Positions 1 to 9,103 of a stretch of 23,122 bases of DNA are shown in pieces. Source of the DNA: Candidatus Methylomirabilia bacterium (GTDB lineage Bacteria; Methylomirabilota; Methylomirabilia; Rokubacteriales; CSP1-6); NCBI GenBank assembly GCA_041497895.1, contig JBGQHJ010000076.1, positions 1-23,122 of the forward strand, read 5' to 3'. A model generated the notes under the pieces. The model was not told the origin of the DNA and ran no database searches. It saw only the letters and a list, made by a program, of their open reading frames with translations. A program made the translations under genes and the position numbers. Position 1 is the first letter of the stretch. Every line of letters begins with the position of its first letter.

Positions 1-2
1 GG

Positions 3-584
3 CGCTTCGAGATCCTCGACAACCGCACGCAGCTCTCCGCCGCCCGCCACCGGCTCCCCGCGACGATCGCCGCGGGCCGGGCGATCCGGGCGCGCTCGGC
101 GCCGGCCCCCGAGGCGATCGCCGCGGTCGAGTGCCACGTGCATCCGCTCGCGATCAAGGTGGCGGCGATCCCCGAGCCGCGCACCGGGCTCGAGGCCAAG
201 TTCAGCGCCGCCTACTGCGCGGCGCTCGCGCTGACCGGCGGGGAGGCGGCGGAGTCGGAGTTCACGACGACGCCCGATCCGGCCCTCGTCGGGCTGGCCG
301 GCCGGATCCGGCCGGTGGCCGATCCCGCCCTCGCCATCCCCGAGGCGCGGATGCGGGTCCGCCTGCGCGACGGCCGCGTGCTTGACGAGGCCGTGCGGGC
401 CGCCCGCGGCACCCCGGGCCGCCCGGTTGCCCGGCCGGACGTGGAGGAGAAGTTCCGGCGGCTCGCCGGTGTGGTCCTGCCCGCGGCGCAGGTCGGGCGG
501 CTCCTCGAGACGCTCCGCCACCTGCCGGCGCTCCCCGACGTCGGGGCGCTCGCGGCCCTCACGTGCAAAGGAGGCCAGCCATGA
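3..584 (+). CDS. MmgE/PrpD family protein, C-terminal part (5' end outside the window)
   Basis: The frame is open from position 3 to TGA at 582-584. Motifs 'PRTGLEAKFSAAYCAALAL' and 'RGTPGRP...VEEKFRRLA' are typical of the PrpD C-terminal domain. The stop overlaps the next ATG (ATGA). Confidence 0.85.
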   Translation, partial: RFEILDNRTQLSAARHRLPATIAAGRAIRARSAPAPEAIAAVECHVHPLAIKVAAIPEPRTGLEAKFSAAYCAALALTGGEAAESEFTTTPDPALVGLAGRIRPVADPALAIPEARMRVRLRDGRVLDEAVRAARGTPGRPVARPDVEEKFRRLAGVVLPAAQVGRLLETLRHLPALPDVGALAALTCKGGQP

Positions 585-1450
585 AGTTCGGACTCCGCTA
601 CGCGAGCCTCGGACGCTACTGCAATGGACCGGCGGCGGTGGAGCTGGCGCAGGCCGCCGAGGCCGCCGGGTTCGAGTCGATCTGGACTGTGGAGCACGTG
701 GTGGTGCCGCAGGGCTACCAGTCCCGTTACCCGTACTCGCCCACCGGGCGCATGGGATCGGGGCTCGAGGACTACCCGATTCCCGACCCGCTGATCTGGC
801 TGGCCTACGTCGCCTCGGCCACGCGCACCATCAAGCTCGGCACCGCCATCCTCATCCTGCCCCAGCGCAACCCGGTGGTGACCGCGAAGGAAGTGGCGAC
901 GCTCGATCACCTGGCCGGCGGCGGGCGGGTGCTGCTCGGCATCGGCGTGGGCTGGCTCGCCGAGGAGTTCGCCGCGCTCGGGCTGCCGTTCACGGACCGC
1001 GGGCCGCGCACCGACGAGTACGTGGCCGCGATGCGCGCGCTCTGGAGCCAGGAGTGCGCGACGTTCAAGGGGCGCTTCATCTCGTTCGACCAGGTGTTCT
1101 GCCGGCCGCGGCCGCCCGAGCGCCACATCCCGATCGTGGTGGGCGGTGACACGGTGGCGGCGGCCCGGCGCGCGGGGCGGCTCGGCGACGGCTACTTTCC
1201 CGCCCGGACCCCGCCGCCCGGCCTGCTCGACGAGATGCGGCGCGCGGCGGAGGCGGCCGGGCGCGATCCGAAGGCCATCGAGATCACGGTGGCGGCGCCG
1301 GCCGACGTCGCGGAGATCGACGCGCTGGCGCGGCAGGGCGTCGCGCGCGTCGCGGTGCCGGTCAGCGCCGCGGCGGGCCTGCCCGCGCAGGTCAAGACGC
1401 CCGACGACGTCCTGCGCTACGGCAAGGACGTGATCGCGCGGTTCCGCTGA
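581..1450 (+). CDS. LLM class (luciferase-like) F420-dependent oxidoreductase
   Basis: SD AAGGAGG at 568-574 and ATG at 581. Motifs 'AEAAGFESIWTVEHVVVP', 'DPLIWLAYVASATRTIKLGTAILILPQRNPVVTAKEVATLD' and 'LGIGVGWLAEEF'. Confidence 0.9.
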   Translation: MKFGLRYASLGRYCNGPAAVELAQAAEAAGFESIWTVEHVVVPQGYQSRYPYSPTGRMGSGLEDYPIPDPLIWLAYVASATRTIKLGTAILILPQRNPVVTAKEVATLDHLAGGGRVLLGIGVGWLAEEFAALGLPFTDRGPRTDEYVAAMRALWSQECATFKGRFISFDQVFCRPRPPERHIPIVVGGDTVAAARRAGRLGDGYFPARTPPPGLLDEMRRAAEAAGRDPKAIEITVAAPADVAEIDALARQGVARVAVPVSAAAGLPAQVKTPDDVLRYGKDVIARFR

Positions 1451-2679
1451 TGCCGGCGGTCGCGCTCCCGCCGCTGATCTCGAGCGACGGGCATCTCGAG
1501 GTCCGGCCCGAGCGCTGGACCCCCCGGATGCCGGTCCGGTTCCGCGAGCGGGCTCCGCGCACCGTCAAGCTGCCGGACGGCGGCGACGCGCTCGTGGTCG
1601 AGGGGCAGCCGCCGTATCCGGCGCCCTTCCTCGACCTCCGGGCCGGTCGGACGAACGAGACGTGGCAGCCGTTCGGCGCCACCGTGGACGACACCGCCGG
1701 CGTCGGCCCGCCCGAGCAGCGCCTGCGGGAGCAGGACCTGGACGGGCTGCTGGCCGAGGTGCTCTTCCCCAACATGCAGGTGGGGCCGCGGCTCTGGCGC
1801 GGGATCGCCGACGACGATCTCTATCGCGCGACGGTGCGCGCCTACAACGACTGGCTCGGGGAGGAGTACTGCCCGGTCGCGCCGGATCGGCTCATCGGCC
1901 TCGGCGTCATCCCGTGGTCCGGTCTCGACGATGCCATCGCCGAGCTCCACCACTGCGCGAAGCTCGGGCTCCGGGGCGTGAACCTCGGCGTCTTCCCGAG
2001 CGGGAAGACGTACCCGACCCCGGAGGACGACCGGTTCTGGGCCGAGGCGATCGCGATGCGGATGCCGCTCACCGTCCACGTCGGCTTCGACCGGCTCGGC
2101 CCGCGCGCGACCCAGCCGACCTTCGAGTACCCGGGCGCCGATCCGGAGACGCTCAGGAAGGTCGGCCCGCGCCGCATCGTGGACTGGGTGGCGCTGCCCT
2201 TCCTCGGCATCGCGCCCGCGCTGAGCCTGGCGCAGCTCGCGCTGTCGGGAGTGTTCGATCGCCTGCCCGATCTGCAGATCTTCTTCGCCGAGACCCGGCT
2301 GGGCTGGGTGCCGTTCTGGATGGAGGAGGCCGACTACTGGTACGAGCGGCACCGCTACTGGTCGGAGCGGCTGCTCGGCTTCCGGCCGCCCGCGGAGCGC
2401 CCGAGCGAGTACGTGCGGCGGCACATCTCCTTCAGCGTGCAGCACGTCGAGCGGGTGGCCATCGAGCTGCGACACCACCTGGGCGTCGACCACATCATGT
2501 TCGCCACCGACTTCCCGCACATCGAGTGCGACTGGCCCAACACGCGCCCGTTCGCCGAGCGCCTGCTCGCCGGCGTGCCGGCGGACGAGGCGTTCCGGAT
2601 CGCGAGTGGCAACGTGCTGGACTTCTTCCACCTGCGTGACACCGCGGTCGGGCGCAAGGCGCTGGCCGCGATGCCATGA
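1450..2679 (+). CDS. Amidohydrolase family protein (amidohydro_2 type)
   Basis: N-terminal 'ISSDGH' metal motif, 'RAYNDWLGEEYC', 'LTVHVG', 'FAETRLGWVP' and C-terminal 'MFATDFPH'. Translationally coupled to the upstream gene (TGATG). Confidence 0.9.
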   Translation: MPAVALPPLISSDGHLEVRPERWTPRMPVRFRERAPRTVKLPDGGDALVVEGQPPYPAPFLDLRAGRTNETWQPFGATVDDTAGVGPPEQRLREQDLDGLLAEVLFPNMQVGPRLWRGIADDDLYRATVRAYNDWLGEEYCPVAPDRLIGLGVIPWSGLDDAIAELHHCAKLGLRGVNLGVFPSGKTYPTPEDDRFWAEAIAMRMPLTVHVGFDRLGPRATQPTFEYPGADPETLRKVGPRRIVDWVALPFLGIAPALSLAQLALSGVFDRLPDLQIFFAETRLGWVPFWMEEADYWYERHRYWSERLLGFRPPAERPSEYVRRHISFSVQHVERVAIELRHHLGVDHIMFATDFPHIECDWPNTRPFAERLLAGVPADEAFRIASGNVLDFFHLRDTAVGRKALAAMP

Positions 2680-2725
2680 CCCCGCGCCCCGAACGGGCGC
2701 GCGCGGGAGACGGGAGGCGCAGACC

Positions 2726-3127
2726 ATGGGCAGGGCGGTGACGATGCAGTGGGTGAAGGCGATGAAGATCGAGGCCGCGGTGGGTCCGCACCGGGTGGCG
2801 ATGGACGCGCCGGCGGAGGCGGGGGGCGGGGACGAGGCGCCCTCGCCCGCCGAGCTGCTGCTGAGCGCCATCGGCGCCTGACGCATCTCCAACGTTCGGC
2901 GGTTCGCCGAGCGCCAGCAGTGGCCGCTACGCGGCCTCCGCGCCCGCCTCACCGCGACGGAAGCGCAGGGGCAGATCACCGGCGTCGAGGGCGAGCTGCT
3001 CGTGGAGGGCACCTTCGACGACGCGCAGCTCGCCCGGCTCCAGGAAGCGGCCGAGGGCTGCCGGATCAGCCGCGCGATGAAGGTCCCGGTCCGGGTGCCC
3101 GTGCGCCGGGCGACCGGCGACGGGTAG
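2726..3127 (+). CDS. OsmC/Ohr family protein with in-frame UGA, probable selenoprotein (Sec52)
   Basis: SD GGAGG at 2713-2717 and ATG at 2726. The frame reads 'GGGDEAPSPAELLLSAIGA-TGA(2879-2881)-RISNVRRFAERQQWPL...LQEAAEGCRISRAMK' and stays open to TAG at 3125-3127, giving 133 aa. The TGA aligns with the first conserved Cys of the OsmC motif (PxELLLAALGAC). The second Cys (Cys112, CRISRAM, similar to CPVSRAL) lies downstream of the TGA. Confidence 0.85.
2893..2913 (+). promoter_or_regulatory. Putative bacterial SECIS element
   Basis: CGTTCGGCG-GTT-CGCCGAGCG forms a 9-bp stem (one G-U pair) with a G-initiated apical loop. It begins 11 nt after the in-frame UGA. Confidence 0.7.
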
Positions 3128-3133
3128 GGGGAA

Positions 3134-4255
3134 TCAGCGCGGCGCCTGCGCGAAGCGCGCGGGCGAGAAGGCCTCCAGGGCGAGCCCGGTCTTGCCGGTC
3201 AGGATGAGGTCGGCCACCGCGCGGCCCATGGCCGGGCCGAGCAGGATGCCCTTGCGGCCGGCCCCGGTCGCCATGTAGACGGAGTCGAAACCCGGTACGC
3301 GCCCGAGCAGCAGCAGGCCGTCGGAGGCCACCGGTCGCAGGCAGGCCGTCTGGTGGACGACGTGAGCGTCGGCCATCGCGGGCAGCATCTTCACGAGCGC
3401 GGCGCCGACCTCGTCGCGCGCCTCGCGCGTCGTCTCCTCGTCGAAGCCGGCCTCCTCCTCGGTGGTGCCCGCCCACAGGAGACCGTCCGGCTTGGTGGTG
3501 GCGTAGTTGTGACCCCAGCCGACCGAGCAGGGCACCGGGGGCCCGGGCGCCTGCAGGCGCAGGATCTGGCCCTTGAGGGGACGGATCTCGATCGGCAGGT
3601 CGAGCCACGACGAGGCCTCCGCGCTCCACGGCCCGAGGGCCAGCACCACCGTGTCGCAGGCGATCTCGCTTCGTTCGAGCACCACGTGCGTGACCTTCGC
3701 GCCTTCGCGCCGGAGGCCGGTGATCCGCCCGTGACGCACGCTCGCGCCGAGCTGCTCGGCGGCGCGGGTGAGGGCGAGCACGAGGCGATAGGGTTCGACG
3801 TCGGCCGTGCCGTCGATCGAGACCGCGCCCATTGCCTCCTCCGAGATCCGCGGCTCCGCCCGCCGGGCCTCCGCGCCGTCGAGCCAGCGCGCGGTGTAGC
3901 CGGGCTGCCGCTGCTGCCAGGGGAGCGCGGCCTGGAGACGGCGCGCCTCCGCCTCGGTGAACGCCAGCGCGAGTGACGGGCGCACCCGGAAGTCGATGTC
4001 GATCCCCGTCTCCGCGACGACGCGCTCGGCCAGCTCGCGGTGCAGCCGCATCCCCGCCTGCGCGACCTCGGCGAGGGGCCCGGGGATGCCGGCGCCGGTC
4101 ACCGGGCTGAGCCCGCCGTAGGCGAAGCCGGAGGCGTGGCTGCCGATGGCGTCGCGCTCCACCACGACGCTGGCGACGCCGGCCCGGGCCAGGTAGTAGG
4201 CGGTGACCACCCCCACGATGCCGCCGCCGACGATCACCACGCCGCTCGAGGCCAT
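3134..4255 (-). CDS. FAD-dependent oxidoreductase, DAO/glycine oxidase (ThiO-like) family
   Basis: GGGIVG dinucleotide motif, plus 'IGSHASGFAYGGL', 'IRPLKGQIL', 'CLRPVASDGLLLLG' and 'ATGAGRKGILLGPAMG'. Confidence 0.9.
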   Translation of the reverse strand: MASSGVVIVGGGIVGVVTAYYLARAGVASVVVERDAIGSHASGFAYGGLSPVTGAGIPGPLAEVAQAGMRLHRELAERVVAETGIDIDFRVRPSLALAFTEAEARRLQAALPWQQRQPGYTARWLDGAEARRAEPRISEEAMGAVSIDGTADVEPYRLVLALTRAAEQLGASVRHGRITGLRREGAKVTHVVLERSEIACDTVVLALGPWSAEASSWLDLPIEIRPLKGQILRLQAPGPPVPCSVGWGHNYATTKPDGLLWAGTTEEEAGFDEETTREARDEVGAALVKMLPAMADAHVVHQTACLRPVASDGLLLLGRVPGFDSVYMATGAGRKGILLGPAMGRAVADLILTGKTGLALEAFSPARFAQAPR

Positions 4256-4258
4256 GGC

Positions 4259-5464
4259 TCAGATCACGCCCTCGGCGCGCCAGCGCTCGAGGTCGTCGCG
4301 CGAGTGCCCGAGAACGCCGATGAAGACCTCTTCGTTGTGCTCGCCGGGCATGGGCGCGAGCCAGCGCACGCGCCCGGGCGTCTCCGAGAGCTTGAGCGGG
4401 GTCCCGGTGGTGGTCAGGGGGCCGAAGACGGGATGGTCGCGCTGCACGAACATCTCGCGCGCCTGCACCTGGGGGTCCGCGACCATCTCGGCCACGTTGT
4501 TGACCGGCGCCGCCGGGATGCCGGCCGTCGCGAGGACGCGCACCACCTCCGCCTTGGGGCGCGGGCCGGTCCACGCCTGGATGATGGCCGCGATCTCGTC
4601 GCGCCGGTCGCGCCGGGCCGCCGCGGTGGCGAAGCCGGGGTCGCGCGTCAGCTCGTCGCGGCCGATGAGCGCGCAGAAGCGCGCCCAGATCGCGTTGCTC
4701 GCCGAGGCGGCGACCGCCACGTGACCGTCGGCGGCCGGGTAGATCCCGGTGGCGGAGCCGGCGAACGAGACGTTGCCGGCGCGGCTCAAGATCTCGCCGC
4801 CCACCGTGTAGCGCTCGCCGAGGTTGTCGAGCGCCACCACCAGGCTGTCGAGCAGGGCCAGGTCGATGCGCTGCCCGCGGCCGGTGCGCTGCCGGTAGTG
4901 CAGCGCGGAGACGATGCTGAACGCGCAGAGCATGCCCGCGTAGTAGTCCGAGATGGACTGGCCCGACCGGGTGGGCGGCCCGTCGGGATCGCCGGTGATG
5001 CTCATGTACCCGCTGATCGCCTGCGCCAGCATGTCGTAGCCGCGCTGGGGCGCGTAGGGCCCGGTCTGACCGAACGCGGTGATCGACGCGTAGACGATGC
5101 CGGGGTTCACCCGGCGCAGCTCCTCGTAGCCGAGGCCGAGGCGCTCCATGGTGCCCACGCTGAAGTTCTCGCTCACCACGTCGGCGTGCCTGACCAGCTC
5201 GCGGAACAGCTCGACGCCCGTCTCCGTTTTCAGATCCAGGGTGACGCCGAGCTTGTTGCGATCGCGGTACTGCGCGGCCGGCACCCGCTCCTCGACCCCG
5301 TCGCGCCGCCGCTTCACGCCGAGCGACACCCGCTCGCGCCCCCGCTCCGGCGACTCGACCTTGATCACCCGCGCGCCCATGTCGGCGAGCAGCATCGTGC
5401 AGAAGGGCATCGCGATGACCTGGCCCAGGTCGAGCACTGTGACGTCGTCGAGCGCCTGATCCAC
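4259..5464 (-). CDS. CoA-transferase family III (CaiB/BaiF)
   Basis: Likely GTG start 'MDQALDDVTVLDLGQVIAMPF...LADMGARVIKVE'. Also 'RNKLGVTLDLK', 'ADVVSENFS', the catalytic Asp region 'ISDYYAG' and C-terminal 'APMPGEHNEEV'. Confidence 0.92.
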   Translation of the reverse strand: MDQALDDVTVLDLGQVIAMPFCTMLLADMGARVIKVESPERGRERVSLGVKRRRDGVEERVPAAQYRDRNKLGVTLDLKTETGVELFRELVRHADVVSENFSVGTMERLGLGYEELRRVNPGIVYASITAFGQTGPYAPQRGYDMLAQAISGYMSITGDPDGPPTRSGQSISDYYAGMLCAFSIVSALHYRQRTGRGQRIDLALLDSLVVALDNLGERYTVGGEILSRAGNVSFAGSATGIYPAADGHVAVAASASNAIWARFCALIGRDELTRDPGFATAAARRDRRDEIAAIIQAWTGPRPKAEVVRVLATAGIPAAPVNNVAEMVADPQVQAREMFVQRDHPVFGPLTTTGTPLKLSETPGRVRWLAPMPGEHNEEVFIGVLGHSRDDLERWRAEGVI

Positions 5465-5475
5465 CGCGGGGCGGC

Positions 5476-6273
5476 CTAGCCGGGCGCGGCACCAGGCGGG
5501 GCAGCGCCCGGGGCGCCGGACCAGAGGCCGCCGGCCAGGTAGCCGCCGTCCACCGCGAGGGTGTGGCCGGTGACGTAGCTGGCGTCGTCGGAGGCCAGGA
5601 AGAGCGCGACCCGGGCGACCTCTTCGGGCTCGCCGAAGCGCCCCATCGGGATCCGCTCCACCCGCCGGCGTCGCGCGCTCTCGGGCAGGGTCCGGGTGAG
5701 CCGGGTGTCGATCTGGGCCGGGGCGATCGCGTTCACCGCGATGCGATGCTGCGCCAGCTCCACCGCCATGGTGCGGGTCAGCTCGATGACGCCGGCCTTG
5801 GCCGCGTTGTAGCCGACCAGGTTCTCGACGCCGCGGAAGCCGTTGATCGAGGCGGTGGTGATGATCCGCCCCCCGCCGCCCTGGTGCACCATCTGGCGGG
5901 CCGCGGCCTGGCAGCAGAGGAAGACCCCGGTGAGGTTCACCCGCAGCACCCGGTGCCACTGCGCTTCCGGATGCTCGAGGAACGGCGCGGAGTGGGCGAT
6001 GCCCGCGTTGGCGAACATGACGTCGAGCCGGCCGAGCTCGCGGGCCACGCGGTCCACGAAGGCCTGCACGGCAGCCGCGTCGCCCACGTCCAGGCCGATC
6101 GCGATCGCCTTGCCGCCGCGCCGGCCGATCTCCCGCGCCACCTCCTGGGCCGCCTCGAGCTGCACGTCGCCGAGCGCGACCGTCGCGCCCTCCTCGGCGA
6201 AGAGGAGCGCGGTCGCGCGCCCGATACCGAGCGCGCCGCCGGTGATCGCCGCCACCCGACCCTGCAGGCGCAT
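5476..6273 (-). CDS. SDR family NAD(P)-dependent oxidoreductase
   Basis: 'MRLQGRVAAITGGALGIG', 'ANAG', 'YNAAK' catalytic motif and 'IPMGRFGEPEEVA'. Confidence 0.92.
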   Translation of the reverse strand: MRLQGRVAAITGGALGIGRATALLFAEEGATVALGDVQLEAAQEVAREIGRRGGKAIAIGLDVGDAAAVQAFVDRVARELGRLDVMFANAGIAHSAPFLEHPEAQWHRVLRVNLTGVFLCCQAAARQMVHQGGGGRIITTASINGFRGVENLVGYNAAKAGVIELTRTMAVELAQHRIAVNAIAPAQIDTRLTRTLPESARRRRVERIPMGRFGEPEEVARVALFLASDDASYVTGHTLAVDGGYLAGGLWSGAPGAAPPGAAPG

Positions 6274-6280
6274 CGGCGGG

Positions 6281-6286
6281 ATCATA
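6281..6286 (-). promoter_or_regulatory. Putative -10 element (TATGAT) for a leaderless SDR/CoA-transferase/DAO transcript
   Basis: The minus strand reads TATGAT-CCCGCCG-ATG(6273), with no SD sequence before the ATG. Confidence 0.5.
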
Positions 6287-6402
6287 GCGCATTGCCCGGA
6301 TGGCGCGCACGACCGGCTTGCCCGCCTCGACGAGAGGTGGCGTCGTCGCCCGGGCAGGGGCAGAATGGCGACCGAGGCTCGACCCCCGGCAAGGAGGCAG
6401 GC

Positions 6403-6828
6403 ATGGCCATGGCGCTGTCCGACGACGTGCGGAAGCTGATCGACGGACCCAACTTCGCCCACCTCGCGACGATCATGCCCGACGGCTCGCCGCAGAACGC
6501 CCCGGTCTGGGTCATGCGGGAAGGCGACCGCATCCTCGTCGGCACGGGCGAGAGCTCGCTCAAGGCGCGGAACGCGCGGCGGGATCCCCGGGTGGCGCTC
6601 TCGATCGTGGACGTCAAGGATCCCTACACCGAGGCCCAGCTTCGCGGCCGGGTGGTCGAGTTCCGCCCGGACCCGTCCTTCGCGGTGAAGGACGTCACCG
6701 CGCGCAAGTACACCGGCAAGGAGTTCCCGTGGCGGAACGCCGGCGGCGTCACCCTCGTCATCGAGGTGGACCGCGCGAAGTTCGCCAAGCTCCCGTTCGT
6801 CCACGCGCCGGCCGGCGCGGCTCGCTAG
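6403..6828 (+). CDS. PPOX class (split-barrel) F420-dependent oxidoreductase
   Basis: SD AAGGAGG at 6391-6397. Motifs '[20 protein letters not shown]', '[17 protein letters not shown]' and 'RKYTGKEFP'. Confidence 0.9.
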   Translation: MAMALSDDVRKLIDGPNFAHLATIMPDGSPQNAPVWVMREGDRILVGTGESSLKARNARRDPRVALSIVDVKDPYTEAQLRGRVVEFRPDPSFAVKDVTARKYTGKEFPWRNAGGVTLVIEVDRAKFAKLPFVHAPAGAAR

Positions 6829-6830
6829 CG

Positions 6831-7277
6831 ATGGAGCCGCTGCTGGTCGCCTGCCCGGCCTGCGGGGCCACCAACCGGGTTCCGCCCGCCCGGGTCGCGC
6901 AGGGGCTCGCGCCGGTCTGCGGCAAGTGCCGGGCCCCGCTCCCGGTCGGCACGCCCCAGCCGGTGACCGACGCGAGCTTCGCCCAGGACGTCGAGCGCTC
7001 GCCGCTGCCGGTGCTGGTGGACGCGTGGGCGCCGTGGTGCGGGCCGTGCCACATGATCGCGCCGGTGATCGACCAGCTCGCCCACGAGCTGGCGGGCCGC
7101 GTCCGGGTGGTGAAGCTCAACGTGGACGACAATCCCCGGACCGCGGCGCGCTTCGACCTGCGCTCGATCCCGACCCTGCTCGTGCTGAGAGACGGCCGCG
7201 AGGTCGACCGCCTGGTGGGCGTCCAGCCCAAGCAGGAGATCGCGCGACGCCTGGAGCGGGCCATCCAGGTACAATGA
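6831..7277 (+). CDS. trxC: Thioredoxin 2 (TrxC type, N-terminal zinc finger)
   Basis: CPAC...NRVP...CGKC zinc finger followed by a Trx domain with the WAPWCGPC active site and 'SIPTL'. Confidence 0.92.
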   Translation: MEPLLVACPACGATNRVPPARVAQGLAPVCGKCRAPLPVGTPQPVTDASFAQDVERSPLPVLVDAWAPWCGPCHMIAPVIDQLAHELAGRVRVVKLNVDDNPRTAARFDLRSIPTLLVLRDGREVDRLVGVQPKQEIARRLERAIQVQ

Positions 7278-7339
7278 GCGGCGGCCGTCGCGCGAGCCCG
7301 ACTCTTCCGGGCCTTCGCGAGGAGCGGAGGGAGGACAGC

Positions 7340-9061
7340 ATGGGTCTCGATCTCTTGATTCGCGGCGGAACGATCGTCGACGGCACGGGCGGGGCGCGCT
7401 ACCAGGGCGACCTGGGCGTGCGGGATGGCCGCATCGTCGAGATCGGGCGCATCCGGTCGACGGCGGAGCGGGTCATCGACGCCGACGGCCTCATCGTCGC
7501 GCCCGGTTTCGTCGACGGCCACACCCACATGGACGCCCAGGTGGCGTGGGACCCGATCGGCAGCTGCTCCTGCTGGCACGGGGTCACCACCGTGATCATG
7601 GGCAACTGCGGCTTCGCGCTGGCGCCGTGCCGGCCGGAGGAGCGCGAGTGGTTCGCCCGCTGCCTCACCGCGGTGGAGGACATCCCGACCGAGGCGATGC
7701 TGACCGGCATCGACTGGACGTGGGAGACCTTCCCCGAGTACCTGGCGACCGTCGATCGCCTGCCCAAGGCCATCAACTACGGCGCCTACATCGGCCACTC
7801 CGCCCTGCGCATGTACGTCATGGGCAAGCGGGCGCTCTCCGAGACCGCCACCGAGGACGATCTCACCCGCATGGCCGCCGCGGTCCGGGAAGCGATCCGC
7901 GCCGGGGCGATGGGCTTTTCGAGCTCCCGCTCGACGACCCACGTGACGCCGGACGACACCCCGGTCCCGAGCCGCATCGCCGACTGGTCGGAGGTCGACC
8001 GGCTCGTGGGTGTCATGGGCGAGCTCGGCGCCGGCATCTTCCAGGTCGGGCCGGACATCTCGGGGGGCGCGGCCCAGCGGGCGTTCCTGGCCCGGCTCAA
8101 GCGGGTGGCGCTCGAGAGCGGGCGGCCGGTGATGTTCGGCACCATCTCGAGCCGCCAGGGCGTGGACCCGAACCCCTGGACCTACCAGCTCGAGTACCTC
8201 GACGAGTGCGCGGCGGCGGGCGCCCGCGTGTGGGGGCAGACCGGCACGCGCTCGATCAACGCGATCTTCTCGCTCAAGTCGTATCTACCCTTCGACGTGC
8301 TGCCGGCGTGGCGCGAGCTCCGACGCCTCCCGCTGGCCGAGCAGAAGCGGCGGCTCGGCGATGAGGCGACGCGGCGGACGCTGATCGCGGAGGAGGCGCA
8401 CATGAAGCCCCGCGACAACGTCTTCCAGGGCGGCGGGGCCGCGACCACCGATCCGCGCCGGCCCGACTACGACAACCTCTACGCCATGAAGGACGTGGAC
8501 TGGAACGACCCCACCGTGGCCCAGCTCGCGGCGGCCCAGGGGAAGCATCCGGTCGAGGTGATGATCGACCTCGCGCTCGCCAACGACAACCAGGTGTTCG
8601 TGCAGCCGATCGTCAACGAGCACCCGGACCACCTGCTCGGCATGCTCCGGCACCCGCGCACCCTGGCCACGTTCTCGGACTCGGGCGCCCACGTCTGCCA
8701 GGAGATGGGCTCGTCGCTCCAGACCCACATGCTGAGCTACTGGGTGCGCGGGAAGGGCGCGTTCACGCTCGAGGAGGCGGTGCGCAAGCTCGCCTTCGAC
8801 AACGCGGCCGCCTGGGGCCTGGCCGACCGCGGCCTGCTCCGGACCGGCTACCGGGCCGACCTCGTGCTGTTCGACGCCGCGCGGGTGAGGCCGGCGATGC
8901 CGACGGTCGAGAGCGACCTGCCGGGCGGGGCCCGGCGCCTGGTGCAGAAGGCGGAGGGCATCGCGGCCACCATCGTCAACGGCGAGGTCACGCTCGAGAA
9001 CGGCACGCCGACCGGACGGCTGCCCGGCCGCCTGCTGCGGGGGCCGGGCGCCGCGGCCTGA
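7340..9061 (+). CDS. N-acyl-D-amino-acid deacylase family amidohydrolase
   Basis: SD GGAGG, then 'DLLIRGGTIVDGTG', 'APGFVDGHTHMD', 'HGVTTVIMGNCG', 'SDSGAH' and 'DRGLLRTGYRADLVLFD'. Confidence 0.92.
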   Translation: MGLDLLIRGGTIVDGTGGARYQGDLGVRDGRIVEIGRIRSTAERVIDADGLIVAPGFVDGHTHMDAQVAWDPIGSCSCWHGVTTVIMGNCGFALAPCRPEEREWFARCLTAVEDIPTEAMLTGIDWTWETFPEYLATVDRLPKAINYGAYIGHSALRMYVMGKRALSETATEDDLTRMAAAVREAIRAGAMGFSSSRSTTHVTPDDTPVPSRIADWSEVDRLVGVMGELGAGIFQVGPDISGGAAQRAFLARLKRVALESGRPVMFGTISSRQGVDPNPWTYQLEYLDECAAAGARVWGQTGTRSINAIFSLKSYLPFDVLPAWRELRRLPLAEQKRRLGDEATRRTLIAEEAHMKPRDNVFQGGGAATTDPRRPDYDNLYAMKDVDWNDPTVAQLAAAQGKHPVEVMIDLALANDNQVFVQPIVNEHPDHLLGMLRHPRTLATFSDSGAHVCQEMGSSLQTHMLSYWVRGKGAFTLEEAVRKLAFDNAAAWGLADRGLLRTGYRADLVLFDAARVRPAMPTVESDLPGGARRLVQKAEGIAATIVNGEVTLENGTPTGRLPGRLLRGPGAAA

Positions 9062-9103
9062 CCGAAGGCGGGCCCGGATCCGTGGCCAAGCAGGGGGGGA
9101 GCG

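Noticed and set aside
3..70. PrpD segment 'DNRTQLSAARHRLPATI' lacks the usual K-x-Y/F-x-x-C...H motif
   Set aside because: It lies at the very edge of the window, and the deviations could come from scattered base errors at a contig end. It cannot be interpreted without reads.
2606..2881. 91-aa ORF from the track ending at TGA, and the 2749-3207 ORF
   Set aside because: The first has a spurious upstream start and ends at the probable Sec codon. The second is an off-frame shadow. No frameshift is needed to complete the OsmC protein.
3066..5492. Very long alternative-frame or antisense ORFs (e.g. 808 aa here, 744 aa at 8285-10519, 630 aa at 18322-20214)
   Set aside because: They are Arg/Gly/Pro/Ala-rich shadows expected in very high-GC DNA, and they overlap well-supported genes.
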